Part shown: positions 61,593-64,000 of the stretch, piece after piece
Position numbering within the stretch: the first letter of the stretch is position 1
Layout of the letters: each line of letters opens with the position of its first letter
Translations under genes and position numbers: made by a program
Assembly: GCF_004010195.1 (NCBI RefSeq)
Contig: NC_057719.1
Span: 67,719,705-67,783,704 of the forward strand
Reading direction: 5' to 3'
Length of the DNA: 64,000 bases
From: Chiloscyllium plagiosum
Lineage: Eukaryota
Notes under the pieces: model-generated
Database searches by the model: none
What the model was told of the DNA's origin: nothing
Seen by the model: the letters and a program-made list of their open reading frames with translations, nothing else

Positions 61593-62879
61593 TATTTTCA
61601 TGAAGCTGGAGTCTCCAATTTTATCTGCTTTGCTGGTTTTGCTGTGGACAACCTCACTTCCCAGGCCCCGGGATCCCATCAACTGAAAGAATGTCAGCTC
61701 ATTTTCAAGAAAAGCATTTATAGCACTTCATGGATGAGCAGGAGAAACAAGAGAGCTTCTCCCCTTTCGCTGAGGCTCTGCACAACCCCCATCAGAAGCC
61801 CACACATATCTGAACCACACTACCATCCAAACGTTAAAGAATAAAAACATGATCTGCACTCCTACCATGAGATTCCCAACACCGCTGATTGTTGGTTGAG
61901 CCTGCCTCCATGTAAGGATTAGATCTGACTTTTTGCTTCAGTGGCATTGTTCCAGAGGTCTCCCCGCCCACTAGAAACCAACCCTGTCAATAAAAGTTGT
62001 CCTCTGGCTGGAGAATAAGAAAAGACAAACTTCGTGCGTTAGAAGGAAACGCCAACTTCTGGTTTCTCATCACAAACACCAGTATTTCAATTATATAACC
62101 CACCTCTGCAAATATCCAGGCCTCACAGATCCATACTTCCACTTTAAAATGGCCATGTGGACACAAGATAGCCCTTCTTTCATTTAGCATTTGTGATTAA
62201 TTCTGACGCCTGGGGGTACAAGGAGTTTGAAGTACTGGCATTGTAAGCATGCAGAATAGGAAGGCAAGTGATACGCTCCGAGAGACTTTTAAAAAGCTTC
62301 CCATGAGATTTGTCAATTTCAGGCACAAGCCAGTGAAATGTGCAGAAGAACAATGAAAAGGGACAGCAATTACAAGCTGGGTGTAAAGAGAAGCTAGTTT
62401 ATATACACAGGCGTTCATGGAAATTGGTCTGCGCAGAATTTTATAGGAGTCTTTTTCTCCAAACATTACAGAATAACCACTTTAAAATCGCGAAGCAAGA
62501 CCCTATCAATTCATCAATATTGTCTCAGCAAACTGTTATCTTCCCTCAAAATTAGGCAATGAACAGTATAATTTTATAGGCTTAGCTGCTGACAATTTGC
62601 TTGCGGAAAGCATCGTGACAATGCACAAACCAAATTTAGCCACTTTAGTTCAGTTATTCAGACAGAGTGGATGTCTAGACATATAAATGCCCATAGCTAT
62701 AACCATAGCACCTGATGCCAGCACTGTGGTGTATGTCACAGGAGTGTTCCATGCTTTGTGCAGAGCAGTACATGAGCTTTTAACTTGTGTTGATTCTTTG
62801 GTGATTCATTCGAGGGGGTGAGTTACCAAGCAGAGGTCAGAAGCTTCCTCACAAAATAAGGAAGAAATAAGAACCAAGA

Positions 62880-62948
62880 GTTCTCAAGGACAACTAGGGA
62901 TAAGCAATAAAAGCTGGCCCAGGCAGTGTCTCATGAGCAAATAAAAAA
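62880..62948 (+). mobile_element. 3' terminus of the old CR1/L2-group LINE
   Basis: TTCTCAAGGACAACTAGGGATAAGCAATAAAAGCTGGCC matches the minus-strand copy at 9515-9580. Confidence 0.65.
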
Positions 62949-64000
62949 AGCAAGCTGATGTAGCTACAGTTGTACATCTCCTAGGAGTTAATGCAAAAGG
63001 ATTGCAAGAAGATGGCCTGCACGTACAGCCAAATAGTTGTTCAAAGCCAAAGAAAATAGACAGTAACATAAAGAACTTCAAAAAATGGAAGGGATCAAAA
63101 GTACGCATTTGATTTAGCATTGGGAATATTTGATTGTATTTTATATCTTAACTGTGCTGCATGATTAATTTTTCTTAAATCTTTCTCCAGTTTTAAGTAA
63201 TTCTTTCTGGGATTGTGGAGGAGTGCAGTATGAGAAAGAGTTAGAGTTTTCCAAATCTCAGATTAGTCAGTTTTTAAATCCAGTATCAACACTGCAGATA
63301 AAGCTGAGTTAAAACATTCTGAACATTGAAAGAATTAAAGCAGATACTAATTTTGCTGAATGTGAATTATTGTCCGACATTTAAGGAAAGCATCAGTGTC
63401 TTGTATTTTGTCATATTTAGACTTAATAGGACCACTAAGGGTAAACACACAGTACATTTATATGTCTTAAAGCACTCAATATTCATTGGAAGACTGGAAT
63501 CCCTCTCATGACTACAGTCTGAACTACCATTACAGTACTTAGACATTAAATGGCATCTGCAACATCATGTTGAGTCCACAAGTGTGCCAAAGATATACAT
63601 CTCCATTTCTTTGTTGGAAAGAATGGGCTCCAAGATCAGTATAAAATACTGGACCAAGTTGGTCTTACCCTTTGGTACTTGCTGCAGACTTTCTATAATG
63701 CTTTCAAAAGCACAAAGCATACTGTTCCACACACCCTGTATTCTATTCTTAATATATGCAGTATGGCAGTGGCAAATATTTGTACATATTTCTGGGTAGC
63801 AAATGACTAAGTGAAAGGCTGATTTTGGATTTGGAAACTCAGTGAAATGCAATTGAACTTTGACCCCACTATATAGAAAACAGTCATAAAACCATCCTAA
63901 GAATCATTTGACATTTTGACAGCCAATGTTACTTTTGTGCTATCTATCTTGGGGTGAAAAATTGCCTATCATTATCTTGCTATTTACATATATCTCTGAA

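Noticed and set aside
63669..63737. Minus-strand exon with a strong donor (AAGG|GTAAGA)
   Set aside because: The candidate acceptor lacks a polypyrimidine tract and the peptide is not recognisable.

Overview
Vertebrate non-coding DNA, most likely from a cartilaginous fish (shark). This is inferred from HE1-like tRNA SINEs, CR1/HER1-like LINEs and Penelope-like elements (PLEs), recognised by eye with no database search. I could not support any intact host protein-coding exon. The window opens with a ~4.1 kb 19-bp minisatellite. The rest is a patchwork of dead CR1, L2 and Rex1/Babar-like LINEs (often nested), three Harbinger transposase fossils, a Gypsy gag/protease remnant, a Tc1/mariner-type MITE and repeat-poor AT-rich tracts that may be enhancers. 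The most striking structure is a set of short PLE insertions with inverted arms, 13-18 bp target-site duplications (TSDs) and minimal hammerhead-ribozyme cores. One insertion (53851-54053, 14-bp TSD) carries a complete unspliced, intron-containing tRNA-Pro(TGG) with leader and trailer in place of one PLE arm, which suggests PLE-mediated capture of a pre-tRNA. Boundaries of old elements are approximate; TSD, hairpin and tRNA coordinates were counted directly.
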